DNA of 64,000 nucleotides from Leptogorgia sarmentosa (Eukaryota): NCBI GenBank assembly GCA_964658305.1, contig OZ210884.1, positions 1,550,001 to 1,614,000 of the forward strand, read 5' to 3'. Shown piece by piece: positions 13,270 to 26,596 of this stretch (position 1 is its first letter; each line of letters starts with the position of its first letter). The notes under the pieces were generated by a model. It saw only the letters and a program-made list of their open reading frames with translations, ran no database searches and was not told where the DNA came from. The position numbers and the translations under genes were made by a program.

Positions 13270-13560
13270 AGATCGCCGCGATTAATTGCGATATTAGGCG
13301 ACCGATATTAGGGAAAAATGGCAAAATTCAAGGCGATCTTGAGCGTTCTTATGCGGTCTTGGGCGATCTTAGGCGATCTTAGCCAATATTGGGTGATATT
13401 ATGTAAGGTTTATTCGGGATTACAAAAAAAGTTTATGCCTTCTCTCAATTCAGACCCCCTATTAAGTTCAGAATGCTTATTTCTTTGTATGTAATATATG
13501 TCGATCATAGGCAATCTTGAGCAATTTTAGGCGTTCTGAGACGATCTAAGGCGATCTTGC
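13270..13560. repeat. Degenerate ~10-bp tandem repeats (ggcgatctta-like)
   Basis: aggcgatcttg, ggcgatctta, ggcgatctta, ggcaatcttg, ggcgatcttg etc. Confidence 0.6.
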
Positions 13561-14619
13561 AACCTGGAGTAGGCCTTTAATAGTTCGTCCAATTTCTCGA
13601 CTCGCAGACTCGAGACTGAACTATTGGACCGACGTTTTCAGAGTTTTAAATGAAGCGCGGACCGACTTTCTGCGATTTTCGTAATAGGGGGGGTATTGAT
13701 AACTATCTTAAATAAACCTAAGTAATGCAAATATTCCTGTACAGCAATGTGGGGGTAACAGGTGACTGGTGACATGATTGTGAACTATTTATTTGTTGCA
13801 ATGAGTGTGTATCATGCATTTGAGATCAAATCAATCTGATACGTAAAAGTTAAATAAACAATTAGAGACAGTTACTGACACTATGGGAGCATTGTACTGC
13901 CATGCTTGTTTGTTTAGAAACCAGATTTACCACGCCCAATCATAGGTAGCCCGACAAGCCGCACGTATGACGTAACATTCATTAGTATAAATGTAATAAG
14001 GTTGGCAAGTAATATATTTATATAACACTTTGTTAAATTAACGCGATTTAATTGGTTATTTACGATCACGTGATATAAAATAGAAATTCCATTTTCATGA
14101 TCGTGCAATGGAACCGTGCAAATATTTCTTTCCATTTCACGGCGGTTTTAATTATTTTCAATCTTTCAAAATGCTATTATCGCACGCATTTAATGGCGAA
14201 TCCACGAACGTGGCGCGACCATGTGAGCGATGGAATTTTATTTAGTGAACTAACAAAACAAAATGGCGGATTAGGCCGTCAGCCACTCACCAGATTTTGA
14301 CTTTTCGTTTACCCCATGCAGAGACAACAATTTGACGAGTGCAAATTTTGCCTAAAAGCTTATAAGGTCGAATAACAAAATGTTGTAATCGATAACACCT
14401 GCAGTTTTGCCAAAAATTTGCTTTGAAATTTGATCATTTTCACATTGTATCGTCGCCATTTTTTCACGCATTTCCGAGCTGCGTGTGCCCTCGCGCATAC
14501 CACGAAGCAGTGCTTCTATTGGAATTAAGGAAATTTGCAAGGAAATAAAATACAAGGAATAAAATTTGCATTTTGTTGTCAAGAAGGGAATAAGAGGGAT
14601 AATACGTTATTTCTGATAA

Positions 14620-14750
14620 ATCCTAAGATTACAGCAATTTGCTGCTAGTGCATGCAAAACCGGTTGTAAGACTAAACGATGTGGTTGCAAGAAAGAAGAC
14701 AAGATGACGATGATTTTTACCAGGAGGACGATATTGACATCGAATGATTG
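14620..14750 (+). pseudogene. Remnant C-terminus of a DNA-transposon protein (CXC cysteine motif plus acidic tail)
   Basis: Translates to ...SACKTGCKTKRCGCKKEDK, then after a frameshift DDDDFYQEDDIDIE*; no upstream ORF. Confidence 0.45.
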
Positions 14751-17709
14751 ACATAAGACATAATCAAATCATAAGGCATAAATCATAATTAAGTCAATAA
14801 GACATAATCAAATCGTTTGCACGGATAAGAAATAATTTGTTAAATTATTGTGTTTCAATCTTTCATACAAATGATGTACATAATTTTACCTTTCTTTAAT
14901 ACACAAGTGTTCGGCTAATATTGCGTGTAATTTAGCATTGTATCTGAATTGAAAACTTTGTGCCTGAAGAAATTACATAGATTTCTTTCAGAATGGTATC
15001 AGCAAACTGCGAATATAATAAGATTAAAACTAAATTTTCGAAACACTAAAAAAACTACTAAGAAGATAAAAACCTTACTAATTTGATCTTTATTTTGGAC
15101 AAACTTTTGATGGATGTTAATTAACATGTTTATGAAAACAATCGCTTGACGTCGACACTGCGCTTAATTCCGTTGAGGCATAAATCTGCCTTCCTTTGAT
15201 ACGCATACTGGAACGCTCAATTGAAGGTACTATTACGACAGAAACATTTTACGTCTCTCCCGAAGAAACAGTCTCTCTAGAGGAGATTTGCTGTCCGAAA
15301 AATAAAGTTGCTACAGTTAACTATTTGCAGATCAAACATTGACTAAAAATGCTTACTAAGCATTTTCCCAAAACTTTGATCGGCAATATTTCAACAGCAA
15401 TTGACCATACGTGATTATCGTAATATAGTTTTTTTGAACATATGTGATGCTCTATCTGGCAGTATTGTCAAATTTTTGAATTTCCAAAATTTTTAGTTTT
15501 CTCATCTTTGGATGACGTCATACATAGATAAAAGCAATTTTCTCGAGACTTGCATGTTTGCCGAAGTACAACATTGGTGTTTTACCATGGAAATGGATCC
15601 ACTCAACATATAATGAAATCAAAATATGGTCTCCGTGGGGGGGAAACGAAACTTGCTTTCCAGCTTCATTCTCGTGAGTGGCTGACGGCCTAGATATTTC
15701 AAATACCAAAACGTTATTTTGGTGTCATATAAAACAAAGAATGAATGTTTATGAGTGCAATGGTAAGAATATTTTCATGAGGTGAAAGAAGACATTCAAC
15801 GAGGCTTTATTCGTATACTAATGAATACTACGTGATGCGTGTGGCTTGTTGGGCTACTATGGCCCAATAAAATTGTGGGAAACCCAATATTATTCTGGTT
15901 TCTTAAACTCCTTGCCATAGGACCATTCAAACCTATATTGGAGTTAGGTGCCCATAGAGATAAAGCAATATAAAGTAATTATGCTCTTAGGTCAAGTTGG
16001 TCTGAGCATAAATATTTTACACCTCATGTTTAGTTGCCTGCATTTGTGAAATACCCATACACAACACAGATCAAATCCCCCCCCCCTCCTCATCTCTGGA
16101 GATGTCCCACCTTCCCTGCCATCTGGGTTTTAAATTATCGCTTTCCCTTGACATCCATATATTTAACTACTTGCATACATGGATACATACATTTTGTACA
16201 TAATGTATAAACAAGTTGTATTAGGCAATTGTGCTTCAAATCTAATTAAAATAAAAAGGAAATACATTATTTGGAATGCCTTTTGGCCATATAATAAACC
16301 CAACAAAGATAATTACTCCCCCAGCCTCCCTGGGAGAGGTATGAATTTTCTTCAAGGCCAGCCACTGACCAGTGTGCCCTCAGTCATATAGTCATATATA
16401 CTAACACTAAAACAACAACAAATTCGGGAGATGACCAGTGCAGACAACATCGGTTCATTACAACTTAGATATGATACCAAAGCAACTAGAATGAGTTGAA
16501 CCATGTGACATAATTTGAATCAACTTGACTACATAGCTAGGTTGAAGCAACAGACAAGCAGATATATAATAATTATGAATTTGATTTCCATATTTGTTCT
16601 CACACTGACCCAGGCAACAAAATTTCCAGCCTAACCACGGAAAAAATCCAAGCCACATATTGTATGATGCTTGAGAAATAGGTAAACGAAAACAAAATAC
16701 ATTTGCTGACAGTTACCACCCTGCCTGAACCCAGTACTGTTGTCATGATTCAAATCTCCTTAATTACACGACAATGCATGTAGAGAGGAATGAATAAATA
16801 GCTGTAACAATTTACAGTACATGCTTTATTCTTGGACTAGCACTTATAAATTTAGATTTCAGTGGCATGCTTTGAGCGGAAATTTGAATTGCATTATTGC
16901 AGGTGGCTTAGAAATCAGTATTGATGTGTAAACAATGCAGTTAGGAACTATAAGTAATAATAATGAAATGCTCTGCATCAAAGCAGCACTAATTTGTGCC
17001 CTACCGTAGTTTACGTAGGCTCACATTTTAGTGTTATGCCAATATATAAACAAACTAGACGACTGCGAAAATCTTGCGCATTCCATGGTTTCATGGCACA
17101 AGTGCGAGGCCAAGGAATGCATATATTATCATGTTTATGTTATCACATTCCTGAGGTATTCATATTGATACATATATTGTCACAGACATATTCCCACAAC
17201 AGAAATTACAAGCAATAGCATCATGTACTGTATGAAATACAACTGTGAACTGCCCGAGACTTGGCCTGAGAGATGATAAACGAAAGGGAATGTCAATCTT
17301 TCGCCAGCGAGGCAGTGTTTATATAAATATATGCATGGCACTTTATTTACTTTATAGAAGCGCAGTAAACTGAAAGAACATAACAGACTGTGCGGGTATA
17401 TTCATGAAGACAGCAAAGGAATTATGTCAGAATATACATTCTACAAACAGTATAACTCATTAGTCATATGAAACATACCGTTTCTAGCAGACGCCAAATG
17501 TTGTTCGCTTCGGATGTTGCACAAGAGTTGCTATCACTATTCACTCAGATATATACTGTAAGTTTCACAACGACAACAGTCAAACAACGACCAATAGCCA
17601 AAACTCTTCTATAATTTCACTGCAGGTTTTCTACATAAAACACGTTAATACACCCTTATAAATACACTCTAAAGTGAGTAAAGTCAACGTTAAAGTGTCA
17701 AAGCACTTA

Positions 17710-17831
17710 CCGACTGTATCGATCGTTTCTATCTTACCACAGTTAGCAGACCAAGACAGAAGACTGGTTAGGCTGGTCTGTGACGTCACGATTATGTTAT
17801 TGTCCACTTTTCAACTTGGTCACGTGACCAA
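17710..17831 (-). promoter_or_regulatory. Putative promoter and non-coding first exon, possibly for the P450
   Basis: Minus-strand donor gtaagtgc at 17710, CRE palindrome GTGACGTCAC at 17780-17789, and E-box/CLEAR-type palindrome TTGGTCACGTGACCAA at 17816-17831. Confidence 0.35.
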
Positions 17832-20800
17832 TATCGTGCATCTTTGCTGAAAACTCATTACAAATACAATGTATAATCGTTCTACCCTCAGACCGAAAGC
17901 ATAGAGTATATATCATACAGAGATGTAACTGTTGTACCCACTTTTTTTGAGCGCATGCTCGGCAAGTTACTAGATGCGTGCATCTGATTGGATGACGACC
18001 TGATGACGACTAAATTTAAACTTGCCAAGCATGCGCAGTTGATCATTTTTTGCCGACATGATTTTGAGATCAGTGATGACCACCCTTACAAAAATTCCCT
18101 TACACCATAACCCAAAATGACGGCGAAATGACTGACTTTCAACTCCGCTATGCTCTCCTTTTATTTACCCGGGTGTAAATAGCCGTGCCGAATTATTACC
18201 CTCGCCCCGGGCTAACGCCCGGACGGCGCTTTGCGCCGTCGCTCGGGCAATATGTGACATGTAGATTGTACAAAAGCCTGAAATGTGGAAACGTAACAAG
18301 CAAAACAAAACCCGTAGAATGAACGAAGGAGCGGAGAATTAAGCGATATAATTAGGGGCGATAAAACCAACGTTTGTGGGTCATGTCATTTAGAAATAGT
18401 CCGGCAGTATAAGTATATTTCCCAGGAAACCAGAAGAAGCGTAACGGCATATTTAAAAAACAAAAAGTGTCAAAAATTATGATAAGGATCATATTATTGT
18501 AGGCCATGATCTCAGATTACAAAACAGACAATGAAGTGAATAATAAGGGCTTATATGCGAGGTCTGTTCGGAAAATTATTATATGGCTGAAATAAATGCC
18601 GCACGCTGATTGGTTGATTAGCGGTCAGGAAAAAGTCATCTTGCCCACTCGTGAAAATAATGTACAAAAAATTTTCAAACTAAATCTTATTATTGATGGA
18701 GAACACTCCCCGATTGAATTATACTGTTCCGGAAAAACAAATGACCCAAATGCTGAGTTTTGGAGAGAAGATAACGCCGAACAAATCAATAGTTCAAAAA
18801 CTGTTGTGAATATTGTTTTGACCGCACTTAATGGCTTTATCTCGCTTCAAACCGTTTGTTGTTTATCACAACATTTATATTATAATTTTAATTCAATTTT
18901 TTTCCTTTGCTGTATTTTTATTGTTTTGTTGTTACAGCTTAGCACTTTTGATACGTGCGTGTACGCATGAACCAAAGCAAATGCACGCTAAAATCATGTC
19001 CAGCCAGTACGTAGGCCGAAAGTAATTATAGCATTTTATTAATACTTCTATAGTTCTATTTTTAAATGAATTTTAATATTTTATCTGTTTTTCTTCGCTT
19101 ACGTGCTTATATAGTATCTGCCAAACGTATCTTTCTCGCCGTTTCAACTACTGCTTCGAGCGTTCTCTGTCTGCTTTTGCGCGCGCGGATATCGACACAT
19201 TCATAAGTTGAACTATACATTCTTTCTTGTCTGCCCCCGCGACCATTTTTTTACGAGATTAAAATCGTTCCGTCGGTCCCACGGCAAAGCGACTGAAATG
19301 CAAAACGGCCTTTAGGTTGGAAAGTGGATAAAATTTGATGCGATAGAATGAGCAAATAACTGTGAAGTGAAGTTCTCGCCATGCAGTTTTTGCGATTTGC
19401 CGAAACTATAATGTTATGAGATAAGGTCTTTGTTTAAGCTCATTAACATAAGGTTCGGCAAAATAAAGGTCGACGTCTCAACAGGCCTTGTAAATATTGT
19501 CACCTTCAATAGAAGCTTTGAGATCAGTATTATACAATTTAAATGAATTTTAACATTTTATCTTTTTTGTTCGTTCACCTACTTGTAATATCTGGAAAAC
19601 GCGTATCTCATGTGCAAGCGTTAGGTTCGAAAGTGGACCAAATTTGACACGATAGAATGAGCAATTTACTGAAGTGCTGGCTCGATTTTGTAATTTTAAT
19701 TATATTGTTACCTTCTAGAAGCTTTGAGATCAGTATCATGTAAATGCAAGAATCGAAAAAATCTATCATCCGCCCATGCGCTGCCAATATAGGGATTCAT
19801 GCATAGGCCAACATCGCGATAAAATTAAATTTTTGGCGCGATTCCGTATCACTGCACGTTTTGCAACATAAAAATCCTAAGTAAACGGTGCAGAATTTCC
19901 ATATTAATTAGGCATTGTTCGTTATTAATTGGGAATCAAAATCGAAATATCCAATTCTTGCTTAGCGTAGGAGAAGCAGCTGTTCTCGGGAAACAACTAA
20001 GACAATTTGCAAGTTAAAACATTTGCATCCGAAAGAAATTTAAATTATAGAATGTATTGATAGCGTAATTTTGAGTCGCACTGTCCCTGTTTCAAACTTT
20101 AATTTCTTGTTTATCCCGTAATATTTTTTGACTTTCAGTACATCGCCTTATCATAAAATAAAAATATATAAATCTCGACCAAAATAGTATATTGAAGTAA
20201 TTAAGGCAACTTGCAAGTTAAAATTTCAGAATCACACGAGGATACACATACGACAACATATTAAATGTGAACGCCCTATTTCTTAATACTTTCGTAGGCC
20301 AAATCTTAGATTTAAATTTCCCGCCATTCTGACCTCTATTTTTTATGTATTAATGTTGCCTAAATAAGTGCGTCTCAGTTTGGATCTTCCAATATGGCTA
20401 TATGTCCCAATTAAAATACTATTAAACCTTTAGAACAGTTTCTATAGAACCTATTTATCAATTTCGTGGAAATATAAACTTCGAATTTTGTGGTTTCTCA
20501 GTTGGCAAATTCTCTTAAAAAGCTTGATAGATTCATTATATGTATTATAGGTATCAAACCAAACTAAAAACATTTTAGAAAGTACGCGAAGTAGAAAAAT
20601 TGCCTTTGACATCATTCTAGCTTGCTTCTTTGCTGAAACCGGGGTATCAATCAGGTTGCGTTTGTTACGCGCACACTAACATTCATGCTCATAACTTTCA
20701 ACGCCCAAAATTTATTTCGCGGACATCGCGAAATATTTTTTCCAATAAAAATCATAGAAAAATTTGATTTTAAAAGGAACGCCGAAACCATTTCAAGTTT

Positions 20801-22069
20801 TGAACATATTTTCTGAAATTTGAGACGTAAATAAAATTATCCTCAACGGATCGTTCTATAACATTTCCCTCTATACCCCCTCATGCACTTTTTGCTGAAA
20901 TGGTTCATAATGAATGTGGTAGTAAGAATATGGGAAAAACATTACCCCCCCCCCCCCCCGTCTTTGATATAGCGTCTGCAGCGACCCCTGAAATATAAAT
21001 AAATCATTATGGCTTGTTTTTTTGAGAAATAGAATGATTTTGGATAATTAATGAATCGAACTATACTAAGCAAGAAGCATGTGCTTCAATTCAACAATGC
21101 ATGGATAGAGATGATCTTTTCGTAAATTATATAAGCTGTTTTCAGCAACATATTTTTTCATTCTTTTCAGATCCTCGATCAAATTAAGCGTGGCGCGCTT
21201 GGAATACAGTAATTCTTATAAAAAATATAAACTAAGCTATCGTCTGCCTCTCGGGCCGGCTAACTAATTGAATATTTGCGAAGAATCGTTCGTCTGTCGC
21301 TTACATTAGCGTCCTGATATAATCCGTAGATATTCATTGCTAAATTTATTTTTTTTGTCTAGTTTAAAAGCCAAAGACGCTCTGATTAAAATCGCGTTCA
21401 CATCTGCCGAGTTTTTTTGTTGATTTAACTTATCTTGCATAAGTAAATGTTCATGTTTCTTCAACTGTCGCGTTTATTTGTCAGCACTGATGCGGAAGCG
21501 TTTTCCCGTCGTGTTCTGTCTAGCGTATTTAAATATTTCTTAACAATTTCACTCAACACTTAAACAAAACTTCACTTAGTATCTTTTTTAATTGCCTGCG
21601 AACAATAATTTATAGTTGTGGTTAACGCCGAATTATTTTGTTCAAGCTTAGATTTTCCGTTATCTTTTCGCATTTTACGAATTCAAAGAAGCGAGCTATA
21701 AAACTAGCTTGGTTTAGTTTTGAAAATTTAAATGCCGCAAACTTCACAGTGCCTGTCGTAGCTGGCTTTGTTTGCTAGTTTATTTCAGCTTGAAGCGTGG
21801 TCACAATATTTGAGATTAATCCATTACCTTATCGCGATGTGTTTTCAATTTTATAATTAAAGAATTCCCTTATCAGAAATTGCTTCATTTTCATAATAAT
21901 TAAGAACAATACGACTCCAAGATAAGGGCTTAGTCAAAAAGGATTTAAGCGGGCGGATCTATTCAGAATTAAAACATCATTTGTGTGTAAAATTTTGGTC
22001 CACAGCAAATATCTCTGTTACTGTAACGTAGGTCTATACATTATATTTGGGGGAAAACGCGTAGCAACG

Positions 22070-22396
22070 ATGGCTAAACTATTACTGGCTCTCTTTCTCA
22101 CGGCAATGATTTGTGTGACAAGTCCGGCACTTGCAGCGAGACGTCAAAGAAGTGTTGACGATCCCGGATTGAAGGAAGCGAATTATGAAGAAAACGATCC
22201 GTTATTCCGTCATCCGTTATTAAACGAAGTGCTCGCTGATTTAGATGATACTACCGCTGACATGAAGAAGTACAACCCGCTGATTTTGCGACATGTAGAA
22301 AATAACCTTCGAAGTTTGGCCGAAAGAGTAAAAGAAAAGCGAATGTTGATTTGTTCAAGAAGACCGCGGCCTTATTGTGACATAGTGGGTCGCTAA
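22070..22396 (+). CDS. Secreted prepropeptide (108 aa) with a predicted C-terminal cyclic amidated 15-mer (neuropeptide, toxin or antimicrobial peptide)
   Basis: Kozak-like acgATGg; signal peptide MAKLLLALFLTAMICVTSPALA; RRQR furin-type site; acidic spacer; KR|MLICSRRPRPYCDIV-GR-stop. Upstream acceptor at ~22031; AATAAA at ~22539. Confidence 0.88.
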   Translation: MAKLLLALFLTAMICVTSPALAARRQRSVDDPGLKEANYEENDPLFRHPLLNEVLADLDDTTADMKKYNPLILRHVENNLRSLAERVKEKRMLICSRRPRPYCDIVGR

Positions 22397-24856
22397 GCAA
22401 AATAGACTGCAGGTCAAGAATCAAATTCAGACAGAACCATAATTTTTGAATGCAAAAATAGACATATTAAGAATATTTTATGAAATTACAAGATAACAAA
22501 GACTCTGAAAATAGACTAAAATAGAGTAAAATTGATTAAATAAACTCACAGCACCGCATTTCCCAAATGTCGTGTCTATTTTGTATTTGTTATAACAGTT
22601 GGCCAGATTATATTTGTTTAGTCTGCGATTTCGGCTGCCGCTTTGGCAAGGTGGGAGGGGACAGAGCATAGTCAGGAAATATGATTGTCTGAAGATCCAA
22701 AAGAAGTCAACGCATTATAATTATACATGCAGATTCTTTGTATAGATTTGCTTTAACTTTTGCATGATATCTAACGGCGGATGAGTTGATTGTCTGATTA
22801 TTTCGTATATTGAAGAAATCTTCGAGAAGGGATAATTTAAGGCGACTTTGCATGCAACCGCGATGGAAACATTTGATGAAGCCGTATGATGACGTGAAAA
22901 TGTTCATGTGCCTCTGACGTTCAGAATTAATATAATGATATGAAAAAATGAAATGTGGCAAATGTAGCTACGTGTAGGTTAGGCATAATGTTGATAATAA
23001 AATATATACAATAAAATCGAGGAAAAGATGAACATTATGAGAACCGCAAAATGAGAATAAAAAACTAATACGAAAAGTTGTTTTTCGATCCTATCTCAGA
23101 ATCATCTTCAGACCAACAGTTTACCGAAATACAGGCTTTGAAAGTTGCGTCAACGGTTTTGACTTTTTCTTTCGGAGAAGAATGAATTCCGTCAGCACTA
23201 AAGAGAATTTAACAGATTTTTTTACAATTATAGCTTAAGTAGTGAGGACAAATTGAAGATAATGATTTTTGTACGCTTTCACAGCATTACGTGGGATGGA
23301 AGCATCGATCCATTGCCACGTTCATTTGTTAGCATTATTCTTTCAACAGCCGCCTGGACCTTTGCTGTCAGCATGATTTATATCATAATACGAGGTATCT
23401 TAAATCTATGATGTATATCATGACGCAGCTGCACATTTTTTAATCAATGCCTGACGACTCCAAGTCCTTACTTCCAAGCCCTAATCAATTCCTACTGCAC
23501 ATAGTTTTGGCGCGCACGTGATCTGCTTTGCATATCGTATTGTGTGAATAAAGGAGGATAATCCAACATTTGTATTTGTTGCGCGTTGAGGCCGTATTCC
23601 ACTTTTTCCCAAGAACAAGAAAGTTAATGTGATTGGTCGGGGATGTTGTCAGTGTTTGCGGCCGGCCATTCAAGTTTCTTTTTTCCCCCCTCGCGCGAAC
23701 AATTTGGCCTAGTAAAAAAAACAGGCTTAGGTCATGTTCATCGAAGGCCAAAAAATTAGACGAACTCCAAAAGGCCTTCTCGCAACCTAAAGACACAGTC
23801 ATGCATAATCGACGTTTGGAGAAATTAAATTAAAGGCCCTTCGTAGAGATTTAGTGTTCGGGTCAGGAAAAGCACTTGTTTTTTTATACAAGTGGAATAG
23901 TGAATATAAAAGAAACAACACGTGACAATTAGAGCCCAATCAAATGGATTTGTTGAAAACAGTGATATTATCTTCTTCAATGTCTTCAATGTGCAATGTT
24001 AAAAATATAATCCCCAAAACGTTCGGGTCACCGTGGTATTGCGGACAAATCACACATGTTTTTCCTTAATTTCAACTGCTATTAAAAAACGGGTTTCAGT
24101 TTTCTACTCATAATAAATAAAAAGACCTAATAAATCAAAGTATACTAATAGAAGAAATAAAAAAATAAAATAATGTTGTGGGATAGAAAACAATTATTAT
24201 TCAGCTTTTCGACTTATTGGACTTGATGGGTGATGGGTTTTTATAACCTATATTTTTGAGTCTCGCGTTCCCCTAGATTCGCCGCCCATACATGTAACAT
24301 ATCCCAGCTAGAGCGACATTTTGGGGCCCGAGGGCGGGATCCAAACGAAAACAAACCAGAAAAACTACTTTATACTTTATATTGTTTGAAAGCATCTTCC
24401 ATTGACCGCATGATCATGATAACTTGGTGAGTAATCAAGGCAGCACAATTCTGTAACGCGACACTGCGAGAGTTGCGACGCGCAAATTTTGGTTCCGGTA
24501 CATGAAAGGCATCAATAAAATATCTCTAAATAGTACAAGCCAAGGATATGATGACTTGGCCCGTATACAACTGTTTTATAAAGGTTGGTTTTTCAATTAT
24601 TCTTTTCAAATTTCAATTTATAGCTCTATTGGCCCATTGATGTGGTGGGGGCCCAGAGGGAGATCTTATTGTCACCACTCTGGGCAGCACGTGCATACCC
24701 CTGTCATATCCTATCATGCCCAGAATAATATAGCTACTCACAATAATAATGTGTTGACCAGGAATCCGCACAATGAAAAGTACAATTTATTGTATTGTTG
24801 TCGAAATCGTTTCATACATAATGTTTATTACTATTCTACTTTATTACTATATGTAT

Positions 24857-25309
24857 GTCATGTTTTCCACTTGCAAATCTCTCCCGCGAAGAAGATTTTT
24901 TTGCCGAAATAGTTAATCAGGCGAATAGCTCTTTGTTTTGTGAAAACTAAGTGTGGAAGCTACGAAAACAAAATGGCGGCATTAAACACCTGGACTGGAC
25001 TCTAGTTGTTCAAAAATAACTTGCTAAGATTCCTGCTGCTCAGACGACATTAAAAATCGACGTACAAAGTATCAAGAAAAGACTTTTGAGACGCCGAATA
25101 TCTCACTGAATTATATGGCGATTTTGAAATCGATTTAGGTCGCAACTTTTTTCGCAGCGAAAAAGTACGAACGAGTGGGAACACTCGAACTCCTTTTTTC
25201 GTCGTAGCGAAGGGTTGACGAATTTTATCGCGATAATTATAACATTTATGAGCACGCATGAGCGAAAAAGTACCCATCACGCGACAAAATTCGCAAGTGG
25301 AAAACCGGC
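24857..25309. mobile_element. PIF/Harbinger-like MITE abutting the MFS-A stop codon
   Basis: Inverted ends gttttccacttgc ... gcaagtggaaaaccggc, immediately followed by TTA at 25310-25312. Confidence 0.55.
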
Positions 25310-26596
25310 TTAAACCATTGTTTTAAAAATTGCAATATACCAAACGAAACCAGCTAACCAAAGGAAAACCATGCCCAAGCAGTAATAGAGCAAACTGGTT
25401 TTCGTAAAGACAAAGCTTACCACAACACGACTAATCACAATAGCGGAATGCACAGTTGCTAAGGATGAGCCTTGAACGAAAGTCGCATTCCCTGGGTCAG
25501 TCACCTTCGAAAGAAGCGAACTGCCAAATGGATACATGAAATATGGCATACCAAAGCAAATGTATAAAAGAAGAATATAGTATTGCACCGTGCTTACTTG
25601 ATCCCAAGCGAAGGCCAAATAGGTAAGAAAAGAGATTGCAATAATTTGCAAAGACAACGCAAAGGCAAGAAGTTTTCGTTCCTCGATATACTGGGAAGCA
25701 AGAAAAAGACAAATGAATACTGCGATTGTAAATAACGTGCAATTCAGAAAGAGTAACTTGGAGTGTATGAGGTGCAAATGAAAATGATCCATTGCTAAAA
25801 TTGGGACATAAAATGTGGATGTGCTGGAAAATGCTTCGCTGCAGAACATCAGAAAAATGAGGCAAACAATTCTCGAGTCGCATAACGTTGCGCTCAACTT
25901 CGCCTTGGGAAAACGTTCGGTAGCACTCTGCTGTTCATTGTGGTTGCCCAATCTTTTGCTCGTTTCGTCATCACTGGAAATCGAACTCCTTTCTACTCTC
26001 CGACCACCGGTCTCGGCCCAAATGTTGTTAGGTAAGGACACGGACAAGATGAGGAAAAGAAGATAAATTACAATCAGGACAATCCCAGGCGAATTCCCAT
26101 CATTTATTTCCCATCCAAGTACATTGAAACGAAATGTAATGAAACCTCCAAGGCCTGGACCAAATGCAGAACCAAGGCAGAATGCACCTTCTACAAGAAC
26201 AAGACTTCTACTTCGACTTTCCTCATCGGTTTGTAGTACAATTTGGCCAAGAAGTACTCCAGCACCCGCATCACTTAATCCACTGAGCAGCCTTGCAAAA
26301 AGTGGAAAATATTCATTTATATTAATACTGTATATGATATTAGCCACGACTTTCAATACGCAGGAACAGGTGTATATCTGTCTTGGATTTCCAAATCTGT
26401 CTGTTAAAAATCCAAAAAGCGGGACGGAGATAGCTGCGCCGAAGTTGTACGCACACACCACTAAAGCCAGAAAAAATGGCGTTTGATTAAAGGACTTCAT
26501 ATAAACCCACGCCGTTGGAATAATAGAATACGTTTCAAAACCACATAGTGCGCTACGAAAAATAGCAAGGTTTGTAATCCAATTTCGTCTCCCCAT
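25310..26596 (-). CDS. MFS transporter, MFSD8/CLN7-like, copy A (428 aa, intronless CDS)
   Basis: About 12 hydrophobic helices in two bundles around a central hydrophilic loop; MFS motif A GFLTDRFGNPR; GSAFGPGLGG in TM5. Confidence 0.93.
   Translation of the reverse strand: MGRRNWITNLAIFRSALCGFETYSIIPTAWVYMKSFNQTPFFLALVVCAYNFGAAISVPLFGFLTDRFGNPRQIYTCSCVLKVVANIIYSININEYFPLFARLLSGLSDAGAGVLLGQIVLQTDEESRSRSLVLVEGAFCLGSAFGPGLGGFITFRFNVLGWEINDGNSPGIVLIVIYLLFLILSVSLPNNIWAETGGRRVERSSISSDDETSKRLGNHNEQQSATERFPKAKLSATLCDSRIVCLIFLMFCSEAFSSTSTFYVPILAMDHFHLHLIHSKLLFLNCTLFTIAVFICLFLASQYIEERKLLAFALSLQIIAISFLTYLAFAWDQVSTVQYYILLLYICFGMPYFMYPFGSSLLSKVTDPGNATFVQGSSLATVHSAIVISRVVVSFVFTKTSLLYYCLGMVFLWLAGFVWYIAIFKTMV

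Noticed and set aside
18596..18970. 124-aa ORF (also 24502-24912 and 57416-57808)
   Set aside because: Lie in repeat-like, low-complexity or intronic sequence with no domain signal; 57416-57808 is antisense to a real ABCB exon.
21983..22069. ORF-track N-terminal extension of the peptide precursor
   Set aside because: Starts at GTG and crosses a likely splice acceptor; ATG 22070 directly precedes the signal peptide.
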